Part shown: positions 50,001 to 62,317 of the stretch, one piece after another
How positions within the stretch are numbered: position 1 is the first letter of the stretch
How the letters are laid out: each line of letters opens with the position of its first letter
Assembly (NCBI GenBank): GCA_964016885.1
Contig: OZ024743.1
Span: forward strand, 245,892,001-245,956,000
From: Eledone cirrhosa
Lineage: Eukaryota
Direction of reading: 5' to 3'
Length of the DNA stretch: 64,000 nt
Made by a program: the position numbers and the translations under genes
The notes under the pieces: model-generated
The model's database searches: none
What the model was told of the DNA's origin: nothing
What the model saw: only the letters and a program-made list of their open reading frames with translations

Positions 50001-52220
50001 TGGTGGTGGTATTGGTGGTGGTATTGGTGGTGGTGGTGGTGGTGATGGTGGCGGTGATGGTGGTGGCATTGGTGGTTATGGTGGTGGTGGTGGTGGTGGT
50101 GGTGGTGGTATTGGTGGTTATGGTGGTGGTGGTGGTGGTGGTATTGGTGGTTATGCTGGTGGTGGTGGTGGTGGTGGTATTGGTGGTTATGGTGGTGGTG
50201 GTGGTGGTGGTGGTATTGGTGGTGGTGGTGGTATTGGTGGTGGTGGTGGTATTGGTGGTGGTGGTGGTGATGGTATTGGTGGTGATGGTGGTGGTATTGG
50301 TGGTTATGGCAATGGTGGTGATGGTATTGGTGGTGGTGGTGGTGGTGGTGGTGGTATTGGTGGTTATGGTGGTGGTGGTGGTGGTGGTATTGGTGGTGGT
50401 GGTGGTGGTATTGGTGGTGGTGGTGGTATTGGTGGTGGTATTGGTGGTGGTGGTGGTGGTATTGGTGGTGGTGGTGGTATTGGTGGTGGTATCGGTGGTG
50501 GTGGTGGTGGTGATGGTGGTGGTGATGGTGGTGACATTGGTGGTGTGGTGGTGGTGGTGGTGGTGGTGGTGGTGGTATTGGTGGTTATGGTGGTGGTGGT
50601 ATTGGTGGTTATGCTGGTGGTGGTGGTGGTGGTGGTATTGGTGGTTATGGTGGTGGTGGTGGTGGTGGTATTGGTGGTGGTGGTGGTATTGGTGGTGCTG
50701 GTGGTATTGGTGGTGGTGGTGGTGATGGTATTGGTGGTGATGGTGGTGGTATTGGTGGTTATGGCAATGGTGGTGATGGTATTGGTGGTGGTGGTGGTGG
50801 TGGTATTGGTGGTTATGGTGGTGGTGGTATTGGTGGTGGTGGTATTGGTGGTGGTATTGGTGGTGGTGGTGGTGGTGGTGGCATTGGTGGTTATGGTGGT
50901 GGTGGTATTGGTGGTGGTGGTGGTGGTAATGGAGGTGGTGGTGGTATTGGTGGTGGTGGTATTGGTGGTGGTGGTGGTGGTGGTGGCATTGGTGGTTATG
51001 GTGGTGGTATTGGTGGTTATGGTGGTGGTGGTGGTGGTGGTGATATTGGTGGTTATGGTGGTGGTGGTGGTGGTGGTATTGGTGGTGGTATTGGTGGTGG
51101 TGGTGGTGGTATTGGTGGTGGTATTGGTGGTTATGGCAATGGTGGTGATGGTATTGGTGGTGGTGGTGATGGTGGTGGTGGTGGTACTGGTGGTGATGGT
51201 GGTGGTATTGGTGGTTATGGCAATGGTGGTGATGGTATTGGTGGTGGTGGTGGTGGTGGTATTGGTGGTTATGGTGGTGGTGGTGGTGGTGGTATTGGTG
51301 GTGGTGGTATTGGTGGTGGTGGTGGTATTGGTGGTGGTATTGGTGGTGGTGGTGGTGGTGGTATTGGTGGTGGTATTGGTGGTGGTGGTGGTATTGGTGG
51401 TGGTATTGGTGGTGGTGGTGGTGGTGATGGTGGTGGTGATGGTGGTGGCATTGGTGGTTATGGTGGTGGTGGTGGTGGTGGTGGTGGTGGTGGTATTGGT
51501 GGTTATGGTGGTGGTGGTGGTGGTGGTGGTATTGGTGGTTATGCTGGTGGTGGTGGTGGTGGTGGTATTGGTGGTTATGGTGGTGGTGGTGTTGGTGGTA
51601 TTGGTGGTGGTGGTGGTATTGGTGGTGGTGGTGGTGGTATTGGTGGTGGTGGTGGTGATGGTGGTGGTGCTGGTATTGGTGGTGATGGTGGTGGTATTGG
51701 TGGTTATGGCAATGGTGGTGATGGTATTGGTGGTGGTGGTGGTGCTGGTATTGGTGGTTATGGTGGTGGTGGTATTGGTGGTTATGGTGGTGGTGGTGGT
51801 GGTGGTGGTATTGGTGGTTGTGGTGGTGGTGGTGGTGGTATTGGTGGTGGTGGTGGTGGTGCTATTGGTGGTGGTGGTGGTGGTGGTATTGGTGGTGGTG
51901 GTGGTATTGGTGGTGGTATTGGTGGTGGTGGTGGTGGTGGTTATGGTGATGGTGGTATTGGTGGTGCTGGTGGTGATGGTGGTTATAGTGGTGGTGGTAT
52001 TGGTGGTGGTGGTATTGGTGGTGGTGGTGATGGTGGTGGTGGTGGTGGTGATGGTGGTGGTGGTGGTCGTGGTGGTGGTGGTGGTGGTGGTGGCGGTGGC
52101 GGTGGTGGTGGTGGTGGTGGTGGTGGTGGTGGCAGTGATGGTGGTAGTAGCAGTGATGGTGCCCTACTACTCTTCTATTATTTGTTATCAATTAATCTAT
52201 CAGTCAATAAATCAGTGTGA
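44066..52220 (+). CDS. Hypothetical giant glycine-rich (GGI/GGYG/GNGGDG) protein, interrupted by two 1-bp deletions (~49695, ~50545)
   Basis: In-frame ATG at 44066 and 1920-aa open frame to 49696. The Gly frame resumes after each deletion and ends GSDGGSSSDGALLLFYYLLSINLSVNKSV* at 52220. No signal peptide seen. Confidence 0.35.
44091..52160. repeat. 8.1-kb (GGT)n-based complex trinucleotide array with higher-order repeats
   Basis: GGT runs are interrupted in phase by ATT, TAT, GAT, GGC-AAT, AGT and GCT. Confidence 0.97.
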
Positions 52221-52574
52221 CAAGTGCAATGGAAACTCTATTGTTTAATGTTTCCAGCTATCGATGTATAATTAGGTTGATCGATCTGTTTCATGGTAAC
52301 ATTTCACTTTAATATTGCAAGTTAACAAAATACACATTACTTAACTTTTAACATCCTGTACCAGGTGAAACTGCATTAACAAAACATTATTGAAAACTAC
52401 AAAAGAACATCATGACTGCATCACATTAAAAATTTAAGTATTTACTTTAGTTCACTGCAAACTCTCACAATGATCTGTCGGAGGTCCATTCCAATAAAGA
52501 TACGATAAATATTTGAATTAACAAACCTGTTTTTAGATATTTTCTGCTGAATAATTACAGGGTGTTAAGACTTG

Positions 52575-53678
52575 GATGCAGGTATGGCTGAGTGGTTAAG
52601 AAGTTTGCTTTGTAATTATAAGTGTTCCAATTTCAATCCCACTGCATGTTATTGGGCTGATCCAAGCCTGAAAGTAAAATTGAGTAGATTGAAACTGTAT
52701 AAGAAGCTTGTCAGATGGATTTGTAAAGTAGTCGTTTAGGTGCCACAACAAAAAGTACCCAGCCCTCACGGTAAAGTGGTCATTTAGGTGTCACAACAAA
52801 AAGCACCCACCCCACACACAACAAAAAACACTCAGCCGACACTGTAAAGTGGTCATGTAGATGTCTCAACAAAAAGCACCAAGCCCACACTGTAAAGTGG
52901 TCATGTAGTTGTCACAACAAAAAGCACCCAGCCCACACTGTCAAAAGATTGTGTAGGTGGCACAACAAAAAGTGCCCAGCCCACACGGTAAAGTGGTTGT
53001 TTAGGTGTCACAACAAAAATCACCCAACCCACACTGTAAAGTGGTCATGTAGGTGTCACAACAAAAAGCACCCAGCCTACACTGTAAAGTAGTCGTGTAG
53101 GTGTCATGACAAAAAGTGCCCAGACCACACTGTCAAAAGGTTGTGTAGGTGTCATGACAAAAAGCACACAGCCCACACTGTAAAGAGGATGTGTAGATGT
53201 CACGACAAAAAGTGCCCAGTCCACACTGTAAAGTGATAATGTAAGTGTCATGACAAAAAGTGGCCAGCCCACATTGTAAAGTGGTAATGTTGGCAACCTG
53301 ACAAAAAGCGCCCAGCCCACACTGTGAAGGGGTTGTGTAGGTGACACAACAAAACTGGGCAGTCCACATGGTAAAGTGGTCAGGTATATTTCACGACAAA
53401 AAGTGCCCTACTCATACTGTAAAATGGTCGTGTTGGTGACACAACAAAAGTGCCCAGTCCACACTGTAAAGTCGTCATGTAGGAGTCGCAAAAAAAAGCC
53501 CCCAGTTCATACTGTAAATGAAATTGGTATTAGGAAAAGCATCCAACCATAGAACCGAAGCCCAAATCAGTTCTGTATGAGCAAGACATGGTCATCAGAC
53601 CTGGCTTGTCTCACAAGACAACTCGTCAAACTCATGCTAGTGTGGAAAAATGGACGTTAAATAGTGATGATGATGATG
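52575..53678 (+). mobile_element. tRNA-derived SINE expanded by an internal 48-bp tandem array (~16 copies, ~52720-53520)
   Basis: A box TGGCTGAGTGG. Unit tgtaaagtggtcatgtaggtgtcacaacaaaaagcacccagcccacac. RTE-like tail ending in (TGA)n. Confidence 0.8.
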
Positions 53679-53732
53679 AATTTATGTCCAGCTTTTTATA
53701 TGCAATGTCACACTGATTCCCCTGAGAATTAT

Positions 53733-55917
53733 GTTAACCCTTTTTATACCAAACTGCCTGGAACTGTCCCTATTTTAACGTGTTCAAATCTACCATCAGA
53801 ATTTTATATACACAAGCTTAAAAATGAAACATATGTTTATTTTACCAAATCCCTAAATTTTTTTAATTATTTTCAAGATCATTACAAAACCACAGGCAAC
53901 ATCTTTCAACAGTAGTAATGAATGAACTAACCCTTTCATTACCATATTTCTAATAAAAGGCACTATCTGAGATTTTCAAATAATCATGAATTTGAGGGTA
54001 TTTAGTAATATAACTAAATTTCTCATTATTAACCCTTTGGCACTCAAACTGGCCGTATTCAGTAAAGAGTTCTCTTACCTCTTTCTGTTCAAACCTGCCA
54101 TAAATAGCCACTCACACTGATGTTAAGGTATTGTTCTCAAAATAAATAACATCAAATCTTATAGATTTAATATTATGTGATTTATGATAAAGCCTTTACC
54201 ACAAAAATACAATAGTATATAATATAATGAAATTATTGTGTAAAGTGCTCAGGTGCACTACAACTCGTCAATATAGTACATAGAATAATACACAAATGTC
54301 AGGGAAGTACATGTGTGTATGTGTTAGCTGTAGTGTTGGTGGATCTCGGGAAGCATGGAGGCCTTAAAGGATGCAGTGTCTCGACAGCTAACAATTGATG
54401 CAGGTAGTTTGTTCCATGCTTCAGCAACTCTGAGCGTGAAAAAATGTTTCCGAAAGTCATGGGAACTGTGCTGATTTCTTACTTTGTGGGCATGTCCACG
54501 TGTGTTAGACACATGGAAATCAAAAAGGTACTCAGGGTTGTTGTTTGCAACATGGTTAACAATTTTGTGGGTGTTTACCAAGTCAGTTGCCAGGCGTCGG
54601 AGCTTCAATGAATCCATGCCCAGGGAAGCAAGGCGCTCAGAGTATGGTAGATGCCTGATGGAGGGTATTCGCTTGGTTGCACGTCTCTGAACAGTTTCCA
54701 GGCGGTCAATGTCCTGAGTAGGATAGGGGTTCCAGACTGGTGATGCAAATTCTAAGTGTGGTCGCACCATAGCTGTATACAGCCTTAAATAGATATCTGG
54801 AGAGCGGCTGACAAAGGTCTTGCTGAGTGATGCTAAGATACCCTCGGACCTCTTGACAATTTTAGAGACGTGCCTCGTCCAACACAAATCGCTGCTGACC
54901 GTAATGCCCAGGTCACGTTCACAGGAAGACTTCTTGATATTAGTGCTGTGGAGGGAGTATGTGGACGCTGGGTTTTTACTCCCAAAATGCATGGTGGTGC
55001 ACTTGTCCACAGCTAGCTTGAGTTTCCAGTCTGAGATCCATTGTTGCATTGTGTCCAGGTCAGACTGCAAGCAAGATCTATAGTGTTCAGGATCTGTCCT
55101 TTTTATCTCAAGGTACAGCTTGATGTCGTCTGCGTACTTTAGTAGTATGGCATTCCTTAAGTTGGCATCTATGTCATTAATATATGCCACAAACAAAAGG
55201 GGGCCAAGAACAGATCCCTGTGGTACACCAGATGACATCTCATATGGTGAGGAATGCTATCCCAGAACCGTGACTACCTCTCTTCGACTGAGAATGAAGG
55301 ACTTCAACCAGTTAAAAAGATCATCCTTCACACCCATTGCAGAGAGTTTTGCCATAAGCCTTTTGTGTGGCACAGAATTGAAGGCCTTCGCAAAGTCAAG
55401 GTAAACAACATCCACCCATGAGCCGCCATCAGTGATCCGGGTGATGTCCTCAAGAAACTCTATAAGTTGATCACAGCAGCTGGAGTTGGGGATAAATCCA
55501 AATATATAGGGGTTCCAGACTGGTGATGCAAATTCTAAGTGTGGTCGCACCATAGCTGTATACAGCCTTAAATAGATATCTGGAGAGCGGCTGACAAAGG
55601 TCTTGCTGAGTGATGTTAAGACACCCTCGGCCCTCTTGACAATTTTAGAGACGTGCCTCGTCCAACGCAAATCGCTGCTGACCGTAATGCCCAGGTCACG
55701 TTCACAGGAAGACTTCTTGATATTAGTGCTGTGGAGGGAGTATGTGGACGCTGGGTTTTTACTCCCAAAATGCAAGGTGGTGCATATATAGAGTAATGTA
55801 AATGTTAAAGGGTTAAACTGCTATTTGGAACTTTAAATAAATATAAGCACTTTAAAATAAACAGCTTAGTATCAAAGAACCAGGGTGGTTTCAGGTGGTT
55901 TGGTATTAAAAGGGTAA
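53733..55917. mobile_element. Nested piggyBac-like MITE remnants (TTAACCCTTT ends) interrupted by a CR1
   Basis: ttaaccctttttataccaaactgcctggaac (53733) is mirrored by gtttcaggtggtttggtattaaaagggtaa (~55888-55917). Further ends at ~53927, 54028 and 55806. Confidence 0.55.
54224..55785 (-). mobile_element. CR1 LINE, 5'-truncated, with a duplicated internal segment at its 5' end
   Basis: ORF 54324..55238 has an intact YADD. 55505-55783 repeats ~54725-55003. Confidence 0.92.
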
Positions 55918-56424
55918 AGGTTACTTAACAAGTAGGATCTCCAGTTGATCAAATTACTAAATGTTCATTATCAAAAGCTATAGATGATCCACCATGTTGA
56001 AATTGCAAGGACTGAGTAGCCAGAAATTATGTGGTCAATTGTTTTGTTTCATTTTGGTTTTATCAATTAATCAGGAGTTTCTTGTATCGATTGCACTAGT
56101 TTGCACTTATTTCATTACTTTGTTTATATATATATCATCATCATCATCATCATCATCATCTTCGTTTAACGTCCTTATTTATTGTTTGTTTATATATATA
56201 TATATATATTGTTTGGTTTTTGTTTTGTTTATATAGACTCTTTTACCTGTTCCAGTCATCCAGCTGAGGCCATATATATAGTAATGATATACACACTTAT
56301 ACATGCTGATACATAGGTGTATGTGTGTGTGCAACGTCCACCTAAACCAGTTGAAACTGTGAAGAAAAAAATAGCTATATTTTTGTCTATCATTTCCTCA
56401 CATTGTATATATATATATATAAGA

Positions 56425-56803
56425 TGGAGGCACATGGCTTAGTGGTTAGAGCATTGGGCTTGCAATCGAAAGGTTGTGAGTTCAATTCTCAGACCAGGTG
56501 ATGTGTTGTTTCCTTGAGCAAGACACTTTATTTCACATTGCTCCAGTTTACTCATCTGTAGAAATGAGATGATAGGGACTGGGGTACCTATCATTCCACT
56601 GTAAAGTGGTCGTGGAGGTGCCATGGCAAAAAAGCACCCAGCCCACACTGTAAAGTAGACGTGTAGGTGCCACAATAAAAATCACCCAGCACTCACTGTA
56701 AATGAGGTTGGTGTTAGGAAGGGCATCCAGCTGTAGAAATCAAGCCAGAATCAGTTCCCGTCCCACCCTTGCAAGCAGGGAAAAGCGGACTTAAAAATGA
56801 TGA

Positions 56804-56805
<2 letters not shown>
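56425..56805 (+). mobile_element. tRNA-derived CORE-like SINE with RTE-type tail
   Basis: A box TGGCTTAGTGG, B box GAGTTCAATTC, ccttgagcaagacactt...cagtttactcatctgtagaaatg, (TGA)n tail. Confidence 0.8.
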
Positions 56806-56837
<32 letters not shown>

Positions 56838-57599
56838 TTTGTTCGTTTTTTATTTTGTGTCTTATTTTTTTAGTAGCTAAACATTGATCCTGTACAACTA
56901 AAATCAAACATTCCATGTTTACTTTTAATTCAAACCATTGGGCTATTGTTTGTTTTTCATGCTTGTTTGCTTCCTTGTTGTCAAGTCATGCAGGATATTG
57001 GCAATGGAGTGGGTTTTTTCTACATTTTTCTCTAATGTATTTTGGAATTCGATGTTGATTTTATTTTTTGTATTTTTTATTATCTTTTCTATTGTTTCGT
57101 CCTTATTTAAAGCCTTTTTTCTTTAGTGCTGTTAGTTTCTAGTTTATATTTTATTGATTTCTTGAAGGACATCCAGTAATAGAAACCATACCAAAATGTG
57201 GACTGGTGTCACGATAAATACACCAAGTACATTCTTTATAGTGTTTGGTGCTATGAAGGGCATCTAAAGAAGGTTAATAGGACTCTTCAGTTATGTCAAG
57301 AACATGAGAACCTCCCTAGTGTTAAGGCCACAATAAAATGCACCCAATATACTCTGTATAGTTGTTGGTTATAGGAAGGGTATGCAGCTGTAAAAACCAA
57401 AACCAGAATGTATGTAAATGGGATGTGTCCACTCGTCTATCTGGAAGGACAGTAACTTCAATTATGTACTGACTTGATCTTTGCCGACCGGTCCAACCCA
57501 TGCCAGCAAATGATGATGGTGATAGAGACAACATTTTTATTTTATTTTCTCCATGTTCACTTATCAGGTAAATCAGTCTTCCCTAACTTGTTTTATCTG

Positions 57600-58030
57600 A
57601 AGCTTTTTCACACTTATGAAAGAAAATTTCCAAAGGAAGTGTTTTCATCTTTGGATGTCTATATAAGCATATTGGATTTAGATGGATTGAACTGAAAACT
57701 GAAATCAGTTTATGCTGCAAATTTTGCAAAACAAGCATCAAGCATCCAAAAAGTCACAAACATAATACAGGAATTTAAACTAAATCAAGCTCTAGCAGAA
57801 GTAACAAAATTACTGCATCTGATTCTGACCATACCTGCCACATCTGCTTCCTGTGAGAAATCGTTTTCTTTATTAAAACAAGTAAATAATTATATAAGGT
57901 GTTCTCAAAGTGAAGAGAGGTTGTGTAATTTGGTCTTCATTTCCATGAATAAAAACGTTTTGAAGAAGGTAGAGCATGGTGCTGATACATTTTATAGTAA
58001 AGTGATCAATGAATTTGCCAAAAAGAATAT
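57600..58030 (+). pseudogene. hAT transposase C-terminal dimerisation domain remnant
   Basis: Translates EVTKLLHLILTIPATSASCEKSFSLLKQVNNYIRCSQSEERLCNLVFISM..VINEFAKKN. Confidence 0.85.
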
Positions 58031-59202
58031 TTTAAATATCTCATTATTGGTTCATTTTATTATTTTCTCATATTTCTCCTGTAACCAATAAGCATCATCA
58101 TGGCTGACCAGTTGCCAGGATATTACTAACGGGGGTAGGGGTATCAAGTCCAGTGGTGAGGGGTATCAAGCCCAAAGCGTGACCTGTTGGTAGAAGTACA
58201 TCTCACATTAAAATTAGCTCATATCACATTCACAGATGGGATGTGGGGGGGGGGGGGATTTTCTGATGTGGGATAAGACTGCATCATGGACTGCATGCCC
58301 TGCTTTTCATGTCACCTTTTACTTCTGATCCACTATTGTGACATTTTAGGAATTCTCTATCTATGTTGCCTTTGGAATGCTGTTCATATTTTGCTTGCAT
58401 TTAATGGTACAATTCAGGTTGTCATGTTCAAGAGGTAAAGATTTATGTTACTTTTCATGACTGCATGATGAAGAATCTACTTTTCACCAAAGGACAAAGG
58501 GCAAAACCATGGAGCTTCTTCCCATCGACATTATACAATCTGGCTGGCTCCAAAATTGACTCTGGATAGGTCCCATTTGAAGATTAGGTTCAACATGCAG
58601 TGGTGAGTGAAACAAAATGTATTTAGTTGACATGATTTTCTATGAAAACCTATATCCACACTTTTGTTTCTGATATTGATCCTTTTCTTATAAACCATCC
58701 CTTGTATAAAAACGACCTTCTTGTAGTCACTTCTACCCATACAGACATTCTTACACAGATAATGCCACCCTTCTCTCCTCAAAACCTTTTCAACACAAGC
58801 ATCTTCTATTCCCAACACTGCTTTGCACAGTCTGGCCAAGGATGCAAGTGGCTTAGTGTTGCAATGTGGTATTATTAGTGCCATCATAAAATGCATCCAG
58901 CCCACTCTGTAAAATGGTAGTGCTGGTGCCACAATATAAAGCATCCAATCGACCTTGTAAAGTGGTAGTGCTGATACCACTATAAAAAGCACCCAGTCTC
59001 CCACAATAAAATGAACTGAGTGCATGCTGTAATGGGATTGGCATTAGAAAGGCATCCAGTTGCAATAATCATGTCAAATGGAATGTATGAACAAGACATG
59101 ATTATCTGATCTATCTAGTCAAAGAAAATTACAACCTGTCTAGCCAATGTAAGCATGGAAAATAGAGTAAAAACAGTGATGAGGATGATGATGATGATGA
59201 TA

Positions 59203-59366
59203 CTGCCCTTTACATTCCGAGTTCAAATCCTGCTGAGGTTAGCTTTGCCTTTCATCCTTATGGGGTCGATAAAATAAAGTACAAGTCACGCACTGGGGTA
59301 GATTTAATCGACTTTCCCCTCTCCCCCAAATTGCTGGCCTTGTGCCTGTATAAGAAACCATTATTA
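59203..59366 (+). mobile_element. SINE fragment (same central domain as 5781-5967)
   Basis: gagttcaaatcc..ctttgcctttcatccttatggggtcgataaaataaagtac. Confidence 0.8.
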
Positions 59367-59959
59367 TGCATCCAGATACAAATTAGATACCCCGCAGCAC
59401 AATCAACAGAAAGTCAGATCGATTTGTGTATCATACCAAGTCATTTGAATTTGGTTCAATCACAACTTTCCTAGAGTTAAACAACAATAAACATATGTGT
59501 AATGAATTCTGACAAGGATAGTTATTGGCATACCGACACTCAAAGACTAAAAATAACCCATATATATGTCAACACACAGACATAAGCACACATACAATGG
59601 CTAAGAGACACTCACAGAAATACTAGGTACAGACCTCATTACTAGGGTTTGGTGCTTGGAGAGCAGGGGGTGACGGTTTACAACATTTTGGGTGGACACA
59701 CTTCTGTCTGATGCAGACACACACACACTCACATATATATATTTATATATATACACACACATACATACCACACCACACACAAATCGTCTTTCGAAGTTAG
59801 TGAAGCTATTATTAATCCTCCCTGGGTGAATTAACTTGCAAATTCTTCGTAATTCATGAAATGCAATAATACATCTAACGGATATACACACACATCATCA
59901 TCATCTTCGTTTGATGTCCATCTTCCACGCTAGCATGGATACATAGGCATATATATAGG

Positions 59960-60400
59960 CAAAGTCTGGTCCCAAGTGCGCATGCGCGAAGTCTGGTCCG
60001 AAGTGTGCCTGCAGCGGTGGCTGGGCTGAAGTACGCATGTGCGATGGCTGGTCCCAAGTGCACATGCACGAAGGCTGGTCCGTACTGCGCATGCACGAAG
60101 TCTGGTCTGTACTGCGCATGTGCAAAGTCTGGTCCGTATTGCACACGCGCGAAGACTGGTCCATACTGCGCATGTGCGAAGGCTAGTCCGAAGTGCACAT
60201 GTGTAAACGCTGGTCTGTACTGCACATGCACCAACGCTGGTCCGTACTGCACATGCACCAACGCTGGTCCATGCTGTGCATGCACGAAGGTTGGTCCGAA
60301 GTGCGCATGCGTGAAGGCTGGTCCGAAGTGTGCATGCGCAAAGTCTGGTATGTACTGCACATGCGCGAAGTCTAATTCGTACTGCGCAAAGGCTGGTCCT
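59960..60400. repeat. GC-rich 27-bp minisatellite (~16 copies)
   Basis: Unit aaggctggtccgtactgcgcatgcacg. Confidence 0.9.
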
Positions 60401-60419
60401 GTATCTCTGGGACTATGTG

Positions 60420-61217
60420 GAAACCATGGAGATGACAACCAATCAACAGTTAATTAATACAGAGGATTCTAATGAAAGACAGTTTGCAAACTACCTTCTT
60501 GATGTGGGAAATGGTAACATTCCAACTGTTCCAACTGTAGGTACATTCACAATTCTTCTGCCAAATGAACTTTGTCTGGAATATGGTAATGTGTCAGGAC
60601 TGTGTGATTTTGTGTATACAAATCTTCCAGGAAACTACACAAACCCACTATGGCTTGCAAATAGAGCCATTATCACTCCAACAAATGATGCAGTAAGATT
60701 GGTGAATGAGTTCATGGTCAACAAGTTCCCTGATCATGAAATAATCTACAGAAGCTCTGATACAGTAGATAATGAACTGCAATATCCAATTGAGTTCATC
60801 AACAAACTTACCCCATCAGGCTTCCCAACACACATACTTAAACTGAAGAAAGGCAATTGCATCATGCTTCTGAGAAATCTGGATCCTCTAAACTGGCATT
60901 GCAACGGTACACGCTACATCATCATCAGTTTACATAATCATGTAATTGAAGCTGAAATGGCATTGGGTCCCAATGCTGGAACAAGGTTTCTAATCCCAAG
61001 GATACCACATGTATCTCAAGAGCTTGAGTTCCCTTTGACCTTTACTCGCAAGCAATTTCCTGTCAAACCAGCCTTTGCCCTTACATGCAACAAGGCACAA
61101 GGGCAGACATTTGAAAAGATATACGTATATCTACCAACACAATTCTTCTCAAATGGTCAGATGTATGTTGCATTTTCACGAATTACAAAAAAAGAAAATA
61201 TAAGTATCACTAAGTAA
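60420..61217 (+). mobile_element. Helitron Pif1-family helicase C-terminal fragment
   Basis: FANYLLDVGNG, RAIITPTN, PSGFPTHILKLK..IMLLRNL..CNGTR, IPRI, RKQFPVKPAFALTCNKAQGQT, GQMYVAFSR. Confidence 0.92.
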
Positions 61218-61578
61218 ATATATATATCACTAAGTCCAAGCCATATGCAAGGGGAAATCGATCGTGTGGACTGTGTATTGACGAACGAATAAATATTCTA
61301 AAGAGATTATGCAATAGTGATTTCCTAAACACGAGAAATGAATTTTTCACACGTTGTCCACACGTCTTGAAACACCTATTGCATAACTACAAGGCTCCGG
61401 ATTGAATGAATTATTGTAACAACATCAATATTTTTTCTTATCAACTAAAAACTTTTTGGACTTTCGCAGTTATCTCCCTTACACCTCTTGCACGCATTTT
61501 AGTATTGCCTGTGTGAAGTGACGGGTTTCTGCGCATGCATGTTCGTACGGTTGTCCTTCCTCTTCCGTATAACCATGC

Positions 61579-61628
61579 CCATTATGAGCTGAGGATCCGC
61601 TAAGGTGAAACAATTGTTCTCGGTATGG
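61579..61628 (+). ncRNA. Minimal hammerhead ribozyme
   Basis: tgag-CTGAGGA-t-cc-gctaa-gg-t-GAAA-caattg-TT-ctcg. Confidence 0.68.
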
Positions 61629-61718
61629 TGAACTAACTGTTGTGTAACCACTTCTACCTAACTCGTCCTATGGACTGAGTGCTCTACCACTACGGATATT
61701 ACCTTCCAGTGTTCTACC

Positions 61719-61761
<43 letters not shown>

Positions 61762-62317
61762 ATGGTCATGAGTTACTACTAAGTTTAAATGTGTTTAATT
61801 CTAAATATTGGATGGAGTATTCATTCATGAGTTGTAAAAACCATACACTATACAACAATAATATCCTTTATGACTCCAGTCATATTATAACCAAATGATA
61901 AATTTAGAAAAGGTGTATTTGTCAGTTTATCCTCCTGTGTGCTGGTGGGCCCATATGTATAAATTTACTGTAAGTTCATGTAGGAGGTTTGGTTTAAAAG
62001 TTCAAAGGCTGACTATGAAGGAGTGATGCTAGGGCTGTGCATACATTTCAACTCTTATAAATAACTGCAGCGTTTCTTTCCAGTGACTATGTTGAAAAAT
62101 AAACCTCATTTGGTCATCGCATGAACTTTTTAGCCAACCGTCGTATGTGTATGAGTATGTGTATGTGTGTGTATATATATATACATATATATATATATAA
62201 AGAATTAATATCTAGTAACATATATATATACATACAGATGCATATCAATGCTAGCAAATATATAGGTTTTGTCTTAGTAACTTTGTGGTTCAATGCATGG
62301 GGTTGCAGAACAATAAT

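Noticed and set aside
44091-52248. Poly-Val, poly-Trp, poly-Pro and poly-His ORFs
   Set aside because: They are alternative frames of the GGT array; the Pro frame is broken by frequent TAA and the others are implausible as proteins.
52720-53520. CRISPR-like periodicity
   Set aside because: Units are contiguous degenerate copies with no unique spacers, no cas genes and a eukaryotic context.
56425-56500. tRNA gene
   Set aside because: A/B boxes run into a SINE body and tail with no acceptor stem or terminator; the same applies to 5781 and 52575.
59960-60457. Cys-rich metallothionein-like ORF (60005..60457) or CRISPR array
   Set aside because: A 27-bp tandem repeat is open in several frames by construction; no spacers and no gene structure.
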